64,000 bases of DNA from Gemmatimonas sp. (GTDB taxonomy: Bacteria > Gemmatimonadota > Gemmatimonadetes > Gemmatimonadales > Gemmatimonadaceae): positions 32,174 to 96,173 of the forward strand of contig NZ_JBIJCN010000002.1 of NCBI RefSeq assembly GCF_044344655.1, read 5' to 3'. Position 1 is the stretch's first letter. Every line of letters begins with the position of its first letter. Shown here piece after piece: positions 34,838 to 44,616 of this stretch. The notes under the pieces were generated by a model. That model did not search any database, had not been told where the DNA came from, and was given only the letters and a program-made list of their open reading frames with translations. A program made the position numbers and the translations under genes.

Positions 34838-35587
34838 ATGGGACTCACACTGCGCGAGGTCGGCTCACGGGCCACGAAGCTGGCAGGCATGTTGGTGCCG
34901 ATCGGGCTTGGCCTTGGCGCCAGCAAACTGGCCGCCCCCTACATGCCAGCGTTCACGGAGTGGGTCAATTCGCTGGGGCCGTGGGCGCCTGCGGCGTTCG
35001 TAGCCGGATACATCGTGGCCACCATCTGCATGATGCCGGCCTTCCTGCTCACCATTGCCGGCGGCGCGGTATTCGGACTGGCCAAGGGGTCGGCGCTGGT
35101 GTTCGTGGGCTCCACCATCGGCGCCGTGATCGCGTTCACACTCGGGCGCACGGTGTTGCGTGGCTGGGTACAGGCGCAGATCGCAAAGAACCAGACGCTG
35201 CAGATCGTGGACCGGGTGGTGGGGCAGGAAGGGCTCAAGCTCATGGTGCTGCTGCGCCTGTCGGGGATCGCGCCCTTCGTGCTCACCAACTATGCGATGG
35301 GCGTCACGAGTGTCACGTTGGGGCAGTTTCTGCTGGCGATGCTGGGGATGATTCCCACGATCGCCACGTACGCCGCTCTGGGGCAGGCCGGAGCGGAGAC
35401 GCCCGGTGCCGGCACCATTCCGGCGTGGATGCTGTGGATGGGGGTGAGCGCCGCGATCGCGCTGGCGGTCACGGTCACGCGCATCGTGCAGAAGGCACTG
35501 CGCGAGGCGCAGATGCGGCATGATGTGGAGCAGCTGGCGCACAGCGCGGATAGCACCGAGGGGAAAAACGCAGATGCCCAGCGCTGA
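34838..35587 (+). CDS. TVP38/TMEM64 (DedA superfamily) membrane protein
   Basis: PAFLLTIAGGAVFG, GSTIGAVIAFTLGR, LLRLSGIAPF, NYAMG; ATG lies 6 nt after TATATT. Confidence 0.88.
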   Translation: MGLTLREVGSRATKLAGMLVPIGLGLGASKLAAPYMPAFTEWVNSLGPWAPAAFVAGYIVATICMMPAFLLTIAGGAVFGLAKGSALVFVGSTIGAVIAFTLGRTVLRGWVQAQIAKNQTLQIVDRVVGQEGLKLMVLLRLSGIAPFVLTNYAMGVTSVTLGQFLLAMLGMIPTIATYAALGQAGAETPGAGTIPAWMLWMGVSAAIALAVTVTRIVQKALREAQMRHDVEQLAHSADSTEGKNADAQR

Positions 35588-35695
35588 CCCGCGCAGATTT
35601 AGCGCTCACTGCTGGGCTGATGACCTCTCAGATCTCACCGTTCATCGCTCAGGCTCTCCCGCGCGTATGTTTGGCGTCTCCTCTTCCCCGCCGCC

Positions 35696-37135
35696 ATGCG
35701 CCTTGCCCTCCTTCCCGCCGCCTGCGCCTTCGCGCTCGTAGCCGCCTGCCATCAGCGCGCCGCCGTTTCGGTGCAGGGCGCGGCCAGCCCTGTGCGCGTG
35801 GGCCCCGAGCGCGGCTCCGTGCTCGTGGTGGGTGGGGGCCAGCAGGGGCCCGAGGTCTTCGCGAAGTTCATCGAACTCGCGGGCGGCCCGGAGGCACTCA
35901 TCGTGGAGGTGCCCACGGCCGGCGCGGACTCGGTGGATCTCTCCACCGTGGGGCGCGGGCTGCGGGCGGCGGGGGCCCGCAACGTGGTGGTGTACCACAC
36001 CACCGATCGCACCGTGGCCAACGCGGACAGCTTCGTGGCGAAGATCGCCAATGCACGCGGCGTGTGGTTCGGCGGCGGCCGGCACTATCGCCTGGTGAAC
36101 TCGTACATGGGCACGAAAAGCCAGCGCGCCTTCGAGGCGGTGTTGGCGCGTGGTGGGGTGGTGGGTGGATCATCAGCGGGGGCGAGCATCCTTGGCGATT
36201 ATCTCGTGCGCGGTGCGCCATCCAACGACAACCGGATCGTGAACCACCCGCAGTACCTCAAGGGCTTTGCGTATCTGCGCAACACGGCGATTGACCAGCA
36301 CGTGGTGGCGCGCGAGCGGCTCCCCGACCTGTACGATTCGCTCACGGCGAAACGCCGCGACCTGCTCGCGATCAGCGAAGACGAGGGCACAGCCTGGGTG
36401 GTGCGCGGTGACACGGCCGAGGTGATCGGTCGCAACAAGGGGTTCGTGTACAATGCGCGCGAGCTCACCGATCCGGGGCGGCCGTTCCTGACGTTACTGC
36501 CCGGCGATCGCTTCGACCTCAATGCACGGCGGGTGATTTCGCGGGCGGCATCGGCATCGCGTCTCGACGGCGCATTTCTCGATGAACTGTTCGGCCCGTA
36601 CCAGAACGGCGTGCGTGGTGGCGCGGCGGTACTCGTGGCGCGCGAGGGCAAGGTCCTGCTCAATCGGGCCTACGGCATTCCGGTGCAGCCACGCTTCACG
36701 CCGGAAACGGCCGTACCGGCGTTCGACCTTGGCAATCTCTCCGGCGTGCTGAACGCCTCAATCACCCCCGACAGCAGCGGTCGCATGAGCGCCGCGAGCG
36801 TTCGCCGTGTGCAGGGGATTGGCGGCATGCAGCGTGCGCGCTTCGACAGCACGTCGCGCGCATGGCGCGCCAACGTGGACGACCTGTATCGCTTCGAACT
36901 CGGGCGGTTCGTGGTGCGCCCGGGCGCACGCGACACCAACACCCCGCCAAAACCGTTCGAACTGGAACAGGTGCGCGGGCGCACCCGGTATGCCACCTAC
37001 GGCACACAGGACGGCATGCGCCACGCGTGGGTGCGCTACCCGGCCGAGCGTACCGTGATTCTGCTGCTCACGAACGACAGCACGGCGGATGCGCGGGCCA
37101 TGGCGGACCGCATCGCCGACCGGGTACTGCGCTGA
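35696..37135 (+). CDS. Lipoprotein cyanophycinase-like peptidase (S51) fused to a degenerate beta-lactamase-like domain
   Basis: Lipobox VAA|C; VVGGG, WFGGGRH, GGSSAGAS, IDQH; C-terminal GAAVLVAREGKVLLNRAYG...FDLGNLSG lacking SxxK. Confidence 0.85.
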   Translation: MRLALLPAACAFALVAACHQRAAVSVQGAASPVRVGPERGSVLVVGGGQQGPEVFAKFIELAGGPEALIVEVPTAGADSVDLSTVGRGLRAAGARNVVVYHTTDRTVANADSFVAKIANARGVWFGGGRHYRLVNSYMGTKSQRAFEAVLARGGVVGGSSAGASILGDYLVRGAPSNDNRIVNHPQYLKGFAYLRNTAIDQHVVARERLPDLYDSLTAKRRDLLAISEDEGTAWVVRGDTAEVIGRNKGFVYNARELTDPGRPFLTLLPGDRFDLNARRVISRAASASRLDGAFLDELFGPYQNGVRGGAAVLVAREGKVLLNRAYGIPVQPRFTPETAVPAFDLGNLSGVLNASITPDSSGRMSAASVRRVQGIGGMQRARFDSTSRAWRANVDDLYRFELGRFVVRPGARDTNTPPKPFELEQVRGRTRYATYGTQDGMRHAWVRYPAERTVILLLTNDSTADARAMADRIADRVLR

Positions 37136-37160
37136 CCGGCACGCCACAGTGAACACCTCC

Positions 37161-38150
37161 ATGCCTCGCCTCACGGTCGCGATTGCCGCGTGCACCGTTG
37201 CCATTCCGTTTGTGCTTCCGGCGCAGCGGGAACCATTCGCCGTTCCCGCGTGGGCGTTCCCCTTCGCGGCGCCGCTGTCCCCCGCGCCGCGCCCCGACAG
37301 CGTGCTGCTGCACAGTGTGCCTGGATCATCGGTCCGGTTCACGATGAAGCAAGTGCAGAACGGCTTCGACATTCCCGACTGGTTTCCACGGCAGCATGCG
37401 CCCATGCCGCCATCGGTGCAGTACGGGGTGCGCCCCGATGGCCGCGCCTGCGGCTATTGCCACCTCCCCGATGGACAGGGGCGCCCGGAGAACGGCACGC
37501 TGGCGGGGCTGCCGGTGGAGTACGCGGTGCGGCAGGTGCGCGCTTTCCGCGACGGCACGCGCGTGAGCGCCAGCCCGGTGGCCGCCACTGGCCCCATGCA
37601 TACGGTGGCCAAGGGCGTGACCGATGAGCAGGTGCGTGAAGCGGCCGTCTACTACGCGCGCATCCGCCCCACGCGCCGCAACGTGATTCGCGAGGTGCGC
37701 CAGGTGCCCACCACCCGTATCGCCGGGCTCCTGTACGCCTACGACGGCAACGACACCGAGCCCATTGCCGGTCGGCTCATCGAGGTGCCGGAAACGCTCG
37801 AGCGGCACGATCTGCGCGACCCGTGGGTCCCGTACATCACGTATGTGCCGGAGGGGAGCATCCCGCGCGGCAAGCGCCTCGCCGTGCGCGGTCCGACCGG
37901 TGCGGCCACGGCTTGCACCACCTGTCACGGCCCGAGGCTGCTCGGCGTAGGTGATGTTCCACCAATCGCTGGCCGCTCCCCCAGCAACATGCTGCGGCAG
38001 CTCATCAACTTCCGCACACGGGCGCGCCGGGACAGCACCGCGCTCCCCATGTACGCGGTGAGCGACGCGATGAGCATCGACGACATGGTAGCGGTCTCCG
38101 CGTACGTGGGATCGCTTGTTCCTGCTGCCCGCCGATCGCCCACGCGGTAG
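37161..38150 (+). CDS. Diheme c-type cytochrome (c4-like)
   Basis: Signal peptide; CGYCH and CTTCH; LAGLPVEY..Q; PPIAGRSPSNMLRQL; axial Met candidates (GPMH, PMYAV). Confidence 0.9.
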   Translation: MPRLTVAIAACTVAIPFVLPAQREPFAVPAWAFPFAAPLSPAPRPDSVLLHSVPGSSVRFTMKQVQNGFDIPDWFPRQHAPMPPSVQYGVRPDGRACGYCHLPDGQGRPENGTLAGLPVEYAVRQVRAFRDGTRVSASPVAATGPMHTVAKGVTDEQVREAAVYYARIRPTRRNVIREVRQVPTTRIAGLLYAYDGNDTEPIAGRLIEVPETLERHDLRDPWVPYITYVPEGSIPRGKRLAVRGPTGAATACTTCHGPRLLGVGDVPPIAGRSPSNMLRQLINFRTRARRDSTALPMYAVSDAMSIDDMVAVSAYVGSLVPAARRSPTR

Positions 38151-38159
38151 CTTGCGGCC

Positions 38160-39050
38160 ATGCGTCCCAGCACTCTGCCCATCCGCGAAGCACTGATCGG
38201 CGCGATCACCCTGCTCGCGCTCCTCTTTGTGACCGTCGCCATTCGCGGCTGGCGATCGCAGCGGAGCAGCGGCGGTTCGTCGCGCCCCACGTTTGGGCAG
38301 CTGCTGATCGGCGTGGTCGTGAACTTCTTCGACACCCTCGGGATCGGCTCGCTCGCCACCACCACGACGGCGTTCCGCACGCTGCATATGGTGCCCGATG
38401 AGCAGCTCCCGGCCACGATGATCGTGGGGCTCACGCTCCCCGTCGTGACGCAGGCGCTGATCTTCATCACCACGGTCCAGATCGATCCGGTGATGCTGCT
38501 GCTCATGATCGTTGCCGCGTTCGTTGGCGGATGGGCCGGGGCTGCCGTGGTCTCCCGTCTGCCGCGGCGCCCCATTCAGCAGGCCATGGGCACAGCGCTA
38601 CTGGTCGCGGCGCTGTTCATGGCGCTCGGTCAGTTGGGGCTCATGCCGACCGGTGGCGGTGCGCTGTCCCTCCCGCCGGGTCGCCTCGCGCTCGCGCTCT
38701 CGATCAACGTGCTCTTCGGCGCCCTCGTGATGGTGGGGATCGGCAACTACGGCCCCACCTTCGTGCTGCTCAGCGCCCTCGGTATGGACCCGCGCGCGGC
38801 CTTCCCCATCATGATGGGCAGCGGGGCGTTCGCCGCGCTCGTCGGGAGCATGCGATTCGTGCGCTCCGGTCGTGTGGTGTGGCAGCCGGCCATCGGCCTC
38901 ACGCTCGGCGGCGTCCCGGCGGTGCTCGTCGCAGCGTTGGTGGTAAAGTCACTCCCGCTCGACGTGATGCGCTGGATCGTGCTGGCCGTGGTGATCTACG
39001 CGGCGATCACGATGCTCAGGTCACCGACGCCATCCGGCAATCAGGCATAG
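38160..39050 (+). CDS. TauE/SafE (TSUP) family exporter
   Basis: FFDTLGIGSLA, two internal repeats, GIGNYGP, DPRAAFPIMMGS; ATG lies 6 nt after TAGCTT. Confidence 0.85.
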   Translation: MRPSTLPIREALIGAITLLALLFVTVAIRGWRSQRSSGGSSRPTFGQLLIGVVVNFFDTLGIGSLATTTTAFRTLHMVPDEQLPATMIVGLTLPVVTQALIFITTVQIDPVMLLLMIVAAFVGGWAGAAVVSRLPRRPIQQAMGTALLVAALFMALGQLGLMPTGGGALSLPPGRLALALSINVLFGALVMVGIGNYGPTFVLLSALGMDPRAAFPIMMGSGAFAALVGSMRFVRSGRVVWQPAIGLTLGGVPAVLVAALVVKSLPLDVMRWIVLAVVIYAAITMLRSPTPSGNQA

Positions 39051-39138
39051 CAGCAGAGCGCCAATCGCAGCGCGCGGAAACCAGCCGGGCCCGCCCCCAG
39101 ACCATCACCGCCGGAAGCGCGCCGGCCCTTAAAGGGCC

Positions 39139-39813
39139 TCAGCCCGTCATCAGCGACTGCAGCGTCCGACGCTGTTGCCCCGCGTCATCGAAATTGGCCG
39201 GGTCGAGCCACGCGTCGTACGCCGCACGCAGCCGCGGCCAGTCCGCATCGGTCATCGCGAACCACGCCGTGTCGCGGTTGCGCCCCTTGATCACCAGGTG
39301 CTGGCGGAACACGCCTTCGGCAGTAAAGCCGAAGCGCAACGCCGCACGCTTCGAGGGCACATTGTCGTTGTCGCACTTCCACTCGAAGCGGCGATAGCCG
39401 AGGGTGTCGAACACGTAGCGCGCCGACAGAAACAGCGCGTCGGTCGTGACGCGTGTGCGTGCGATCGCCGGCCCCCAGTGGATATGGCCGATCTCGATGC
39501 AGCCATGCTCGGGCACGATGCGCATGAGTGACTGCCGGCCCTCGGCGCGGCCGGTGGCGCGATCGATCACCGCGAAGAACAGTGGGTCGTCGCTGGTCTC
39601 GGCGCGCGCGAGCCAGCCATCGAACTCCGCCCGCGAGGCGGGCGGCACGTCCCACAGATACCGGAACCGCTCGTCGGCGCCCTCGGCGATCGCCGCCTCG
39701 TACAGTGCGTCGCCATGGGCGACGGCGCTCAGTGGTTCGAGGCGGGTATAGTGCCCCTGCAGGGGCTCGGCCGCGGGTCGTTCACGCGGAGTCCACGAGG
39801 CGAGCGACGGCAC
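39139..39813 (-). CDS. GNAT acetyltransferase (RimL/YdaF-like)
   Basis: IEIGHIHWG, LGYRRFEWKCDNDNVPSKRAALRFGFTAEG, GRNRDTAWF. Confidence 0.92.
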   Translation of the reverse strand: MPSLASWTPRERPAAEPLQGHYTRLEPLSAVAHGDALYEAAIAEGADERFRYLWDVPPASRAEFDGWLARAETSDDPLFFAVIDRATGRAEGRQSLMRIVPEHGCIEIGHIHWGPAIARTRVTTDALFLSARYVFDTLGYRRFEWKCDNDNVPSKRAALRFGFTAEGVFRQHLVIKGRNRDTAWFAMTDADWPRLRAAYDAWLDPANFDDAGQQRRTLQSLMTG

Positions 39814-39825
39814 GGGCCGTTCCGG

Positions 39826-40005
39826 TTACCGCTTTTCCATCGCGTCGCGCACGTCGAGCAGGATCTCGAAATAGAGCTGCTCGCGACGGTAGGAAAAGTC
39901 GAGCGCCGCCATCTGGGCCGGATCGCCGGTTTCCTTGGCGCGGTCGAAGGCTTCGCGGTACATCTCTTCCAGGTTGTTCAGAATCCGTTCACGGGAACGC
40001 GACAT
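39826..40005 (-). CDS. Small helical hypothetical protein
   Basis: MSRSRERILNNLEEMYREAFDRAKE...LYFEILLDVRDAMEKR; typical codon use; may extend to GTG 40137. Confidence 0.6.
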   Translation of the reverse strand: MSRSRERILNNLEEMYREAFDRAKETGDPAQMAALDFSYRREQLYFEILLDVRDAMEKR

Positions 40006-40161
40006 ACGAAACGCCTCGAGGGCTTTGAAGGTCAGGCGGGGCGGGAGATCATCCACCGTCTCGACACTCTCTTCCGTATCGAAGAACTTGGTCAGTCGCT
40101 CCAGCACGAGGCGACGGCCGCGATCGGGAAGGTTCACAGGAGACGGGGAAAGGGCCACACG

Positions 40162-40581
40162 GTGAAGCGAACGGATGTCTTTGCCCGCGACGGATACCGC
40201 TGCGTGTACTGCGGTCTGGAACACGAGGCCGACAACCTGAGCGTGGACCATGTCCAGCCGCGGATGCGCGGCGGAGACGGGTCCGCGGGGAACCTAGTAA
40301 CGGCCTGCAGGGGCTGCAACACGAAGAAGGGCGGGCGGTCCCTGGCCGCGTTCCTCTTCGACGACCCGGAGGCCCGACGGAACTTCTTCCATCACGCGCG
40401 GTATGTCTGGCCACGACATCTCAAAGCGGTGGCCGAGGAGCTTGCGCGCCGGGGCGTAGTGGAGGCCTCAACGGAGCTCGTGGAGGGGATCCGGGGGCTG
40501 CGCAGCTCCGAGGCCATCGCTAAGTTGTTGCTGGAGAAGCACCTGCCCCACAACGGGGAGGATCACCCGGAAGGGGCGTAG
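40162..40581 (+). CDS. HNH endonuclease (second copy)
   Basis: GTG start; VFARDGYRCVYCG...SVDHVQPRMRGG..AGNLVTACRGCNTKKG. Confidence 0.88.
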   Translation: MKRTDVFARDGYRCVYCGLEHEADNLSVDHVQPRMRGGDGSAGNLVTACRGCNTKKGGRSLAAFLFDDPEARRNFFHHARYVWPRHLKAVAEELARRGVVEASTELVEGIRGLRSSEAIAKLLLEKHLPHNGEDHPEGA

Positions 40582-40601
40582 ACAGGCCCGCTCGATTGGA
40601 T

Positions 40602-41447
40602 ATGAACAACGTCAAGGTTTTCGTGCTCATGGCCGGCCTCACCGGCCTGGTCGTCGCCATCGGTCAGGCCATCGGTGGCGGCAGCGGCGCCATCATGGCG
40701 CTCATCCTGTCAGCGGGCATGAACCTCTTCATGTACTGGGGTTCGTCCAGCATGGTGCTGCGCTCGTACAACGCGCAGGTGGTCACGGCGGCACAGGCCC
40801 CGCAGCTGTACGGCATGGTGGACCGCCTGCGGCAGCGGGCGGGGCTCCCCATGCCCACCGTGGCCATCGCGCCCCACGACCAGCCCAACGCCTTCGCGAC
40901 CGGACGCAACCCGGAGAACTCGGTCGTGTGCGTGACCGAGGGGCTCCTGCGCATCATGTCGCAGGATGAGCTGGAGGGGGTGATTGCCCACGAACTCGCG
41001 CACATCAAGAATCGCGACATGCTGCTGCAGACGATGGCGGCCACCATGGCCGGTGCCATCAGCAACCTCGCGCAGATGGCGTTCTTCTTCGGCGGCCGCG
41101 GCGACGACGACGAAGGCGCCAATCCGGTGGTGATGATCGCGATGCTCATCATCGGCCCCATCGTGGCGATGGTACTGCAGTTCGCGATCAGCCGTCAGCG
41201 CGAGTTCAAGGCCGACGCGGTGGGGGCGGAGATCTGCGGCCGTCCGCTGTCGCTGGCCAACGCCCTGGTGCGACTCGAGAACACCGCGCGTCGCATCCCC
41301 ATGACGGTCTCGGCCAACGCCGCGCCGCTGGCGATCGTGAATCCGCTCGCCGCGTTCAGCATGCGCGGGATGAGCAAGTGGTTCTCCACGCACCCGCCCA
41401 CCGAGGAGCGCGTGGCGGCGCTCCAGGCCATCGCGGTCCGCGGGTAA
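40602..41447 (+). CDS. htpX: Zinc metalloprotease HtpX
   Basis: QPNAFATGRNPE, GVIAHELAHIKNRD (HExxH), ISRQREFKAD, FSTHPPTEER. Confidence 0.95.
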   Translation: MNNVKVFVLMAGLTGLVVAIGQAIGGGSGAIMALILSAGMNLFMYWGSSSMVLRSYNAQVVTAAQAPQLYGMVDRLRQRAGLPMPTVAIAPHDQPNAFATGRNPENSVVCVTEGLLRIMSQDELEGVIAHELAHIKNRDMLLQTMAATMAGAISNLAQMAFFFGGRGDDDEGANPVVMIAMLIIGPIVAMVLQFAISRQREFKADAVGAEICGRPLSLANALVRLENTARRIPMTVSANAAPLAIVNPLAAFSMRGMSKWFSTHPPTEERVAALQAIAVRG

Positions 41448-41481
41448 GCCCGCAGGAGCACCGCGTCGCCACGGTAACCGG

Positions 41482-41808
41482 TCAGGGCGTGGCGTTCCCC
41501 TCACCCAAGCGGTGAAAGACATGGTCGTCGAGCACCTTGCCGTTCTTGAGGTGCTCGACGACGATGCGCTCCATGAGCTCGGGGGTGACCCCGGCGTACC
41601 ACACCCCTTCGGGGTACACCACCACGATCGGACCACCAGCGCACACGCCGAGGCACGGCGCCTCGCTGCGCTTTACCCGCGTGGCCCCGAAGAGCAGACC
41701 ATGACGCTGCAGCAGTGACGCGAGCTTCGCGTACACCGCCCGTCCGGCGCGATGCTCGGTGCAGTACCCGCCCGTGCACACCACCACGTGGCGCGAGTAT
41801 GACTCCAT
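41482..41808 (-). CDS. Thioredoxin-like [2Fe-2S] ferredoxin
   Basis: HVVVCTGGYC...PCLGVCAGGPIVVVYPEGVWY. Confidence 0.92.
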   Translation of the reverse strand: MESYSRHVVVCTGGYCTEHRAGRAVYAKLASLLQRHGLLFGATRVKRSEAPCLGVCAGGPIVVVYPEGVWYAGVTPELMERIVVEHLKNGKVLDDHVFHRLGEGNATP

Positions 41809-41986
41809 GTGCGGAAGACCAGCCACGGCCTGCATCTCTCCGGTAACGTGGTGTGTGCGTCATGGGCAAACGCGAATGCGTACGTGGGATCAGCCCGCAG
41901 GACACCACCTCGGCCGATCGGACTTCTGGCGCAAATCTACACCGTGCGCCCAGACACCGAACGCTCGGCACACCGGGACGGGATCG

Positions 41987-43090
41987 TTACTTGACCAGCC
42001 CGACCACCAGCTCCACCACGATCAAGGCCACGATGGCGATTTCCAGCGTCTCATTGCGCGCGGCCTGCGCCTCGCCGTTCAGCATGGCGTAGGTGTCCCG
42101 GAGAATGGCCAGCTTCCGGTCGATCCCCGCCCGCCACGCACGTCCGCGGAAGAGTTCCAGCGCCGCCGAGTACACGCGGGCCAGATACACGTCGTCGGTC
42201 ACTTTGAGCGCATTCTCCACGCGCTCAACCAGTTCGGTGGAATCGGCCACCTGCGCCTGCAGCCGTGAAAGCAAGGCGGCAAAACGTCGCCCCGGGAACA
42301 CCGCATGCCGTCGGCGCGCCGCCTCGATATCGTCGTAGAGCCGCGGCAGCTCCGCATCCAGCAGCGCGTCGAAGTGGCGCAACTCGAGGAGCTGCGCATT
42401 GGCGAACTCGAGGATGTATTGCAGATCGGTATCCTGCTGACCGGGCTCCACGATCAGCGCGTTCTCCCAAGTGAGGATCGCGAGATCGTCGCCGTAGTAG
42501 CTGAAGCGGTGCGGCAAGAGCTCACGGCGCGCGTCGGCACTGAGGGGGCGCGACTCGTTAAGGAGCAATGGCACCACGTCGAGCGCGGCGAGTGCCTCAG
42601 CACCCAAGGGAGCACCGTCGTCACCCATGACACGCCAGACACGAAAGACCATGTAATCCTCGTGTACGTCGGCAATCACGGTTCGCTCCACCGCCGGCGC
42701 GAGCCGCTCGGTGAGGAGGCGCAGGTGATGCTCCACGATGGCGACAATCCCCGGATGATGTTCGAGGCGGCGGCCGAAGTCGGTAAAGTCTTGCCAAGAA
42801 CAGGAGACCGGTGCCGGCACGCGCACACGCAACGACACCACCCCGAAGTCGAAGATGCGCGCGGAGACTTCCACCTCGTGCGACACGTCTGATACCACCA
42901 GCGACTCGCTCCCGAGGATCACCGTAATGGGCGGGTTCTTGATCTGCAGGGCCTGCGCCTCACCACGCACCGGACGCACCCGTTCCGGACCGCTGGTGGC
43001 CAGCAGGTCGAGCGCCTGATCGAGGTTGATGGCGTAGCCCACGTCGAAGAGACGGTACGCCATGGCGGAGCCAGTGACGACGAGTTCCAT
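41987..43090 (-). CDS. RMD1/DUF155-like membrane protein
   Basis: YRLFDVGYAINL, IFDFGVVS, EFANAQLLEL, C-terminal ETLEIAIVALIVVEL TM helix; family call is inference. Confidence 0.7.
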   Translation of the reverse strand: MELVVTGSAMAYRLFDVGYAINLDQALDLLATSGPERVRPVRGEAQALQIKNPPITVILGSESLVVSDVSHEVEVSARIFDFGVVSLRVRVPAPVSCSWQDFTDFGRRLEHHPGIVAIVEHHLRLLTERLAPAVERTVIADVHEDYMVFRVWRVMGDDGAPLGAEALAALDVVPLLLNESRPLSADARRELLPHRFSYYGDDLAILTWENALIVEPGQQDTDLQYILEFANAQLLELRHFDALLDAELPRLYDDIEAARRRHAVFPGRRFAALLSRLQAQVADSTELVERVENALKVTDDVYLARVYSAALELFRGRAWRAGIDRKLAILRDTYAMLNGEAQAARNETLEIAIVALIVVELVVGLVK

Positions 43091-43144
43091 GCATGGAAGC
43101 TATCCCCCGTTTGCATTCCGGGCTGCCGGCCTTAGCGTTGATCT

Positions 43145-44050
<906 letters not shown>

Positions 44051-44060
44051 GGAACGCAGC

Positions 44061-44522
44061 ATGAGCAGCGAATCACTGAAGGACACGACCGCCACCCCCG
44101 TCGTGGGCAAGCCGCCCAGCACCGTCACGGTCACGTGGGCCGGTGATCACCGATTCGATGGCCAGCGCAAGAGCGGCGGCCCCGCCATCCGCATGGATGC
44201 GAGCGGACAGACCGGCCCCTCGCCGGTCGACGCCCTGCTCTGCGCCCTCGCCGGCTGCACCGGCGTGGACGTGGTGGACATCCTCGCCAAGCGCCGCACC
44301 CCGGTGCAGGCCCTGTCGATTGATGTGGAAGGGGAACGCTTCAGCGGCGTGCCGGGACGCGTGACGCAGATCCACCTCGTGTATCGCATCATTGGCGCGG
44401 ACGTGGAGCGCCAGCACGCCGAGCGCGCGATCGAACTCGCCGTCACGAAATACTGCTCGGTACGGGACTCGCTGGATCCGAACATGCCCATCACCTGGAC
44501 GCTCAAACTCAATGAGAGTTGA
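44061..44522 (+). CDS. OsmC/YhfA family protein
   Basis: GPSPVDALLCALAGCTGVDVVDILAK, AVTKYCSV. Confidence 0.9.
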   Translation: MSSESLKDTTATPVVGKPPSTVTVTWAGDHRFDGQRKSGGPAIRMDASGQTGPSPVDALLCALAGCTGVDVVDILAKRRTPVQALSIDVEGERFSGVPGRVTQIHLVYRIIGADVERQHAERAIELAVTKYCSVRDSLDPNMPITWTLKLNES

Positions 44523-44616
44523 GGACTCAGCGCTGAGGCCTCGCGCTGAGATCTGAATCGTCTCAGCGCTCAGCCCCACGCAACGCGGCATCTCACCGTC
44601 CGGGATCACCCATCGG

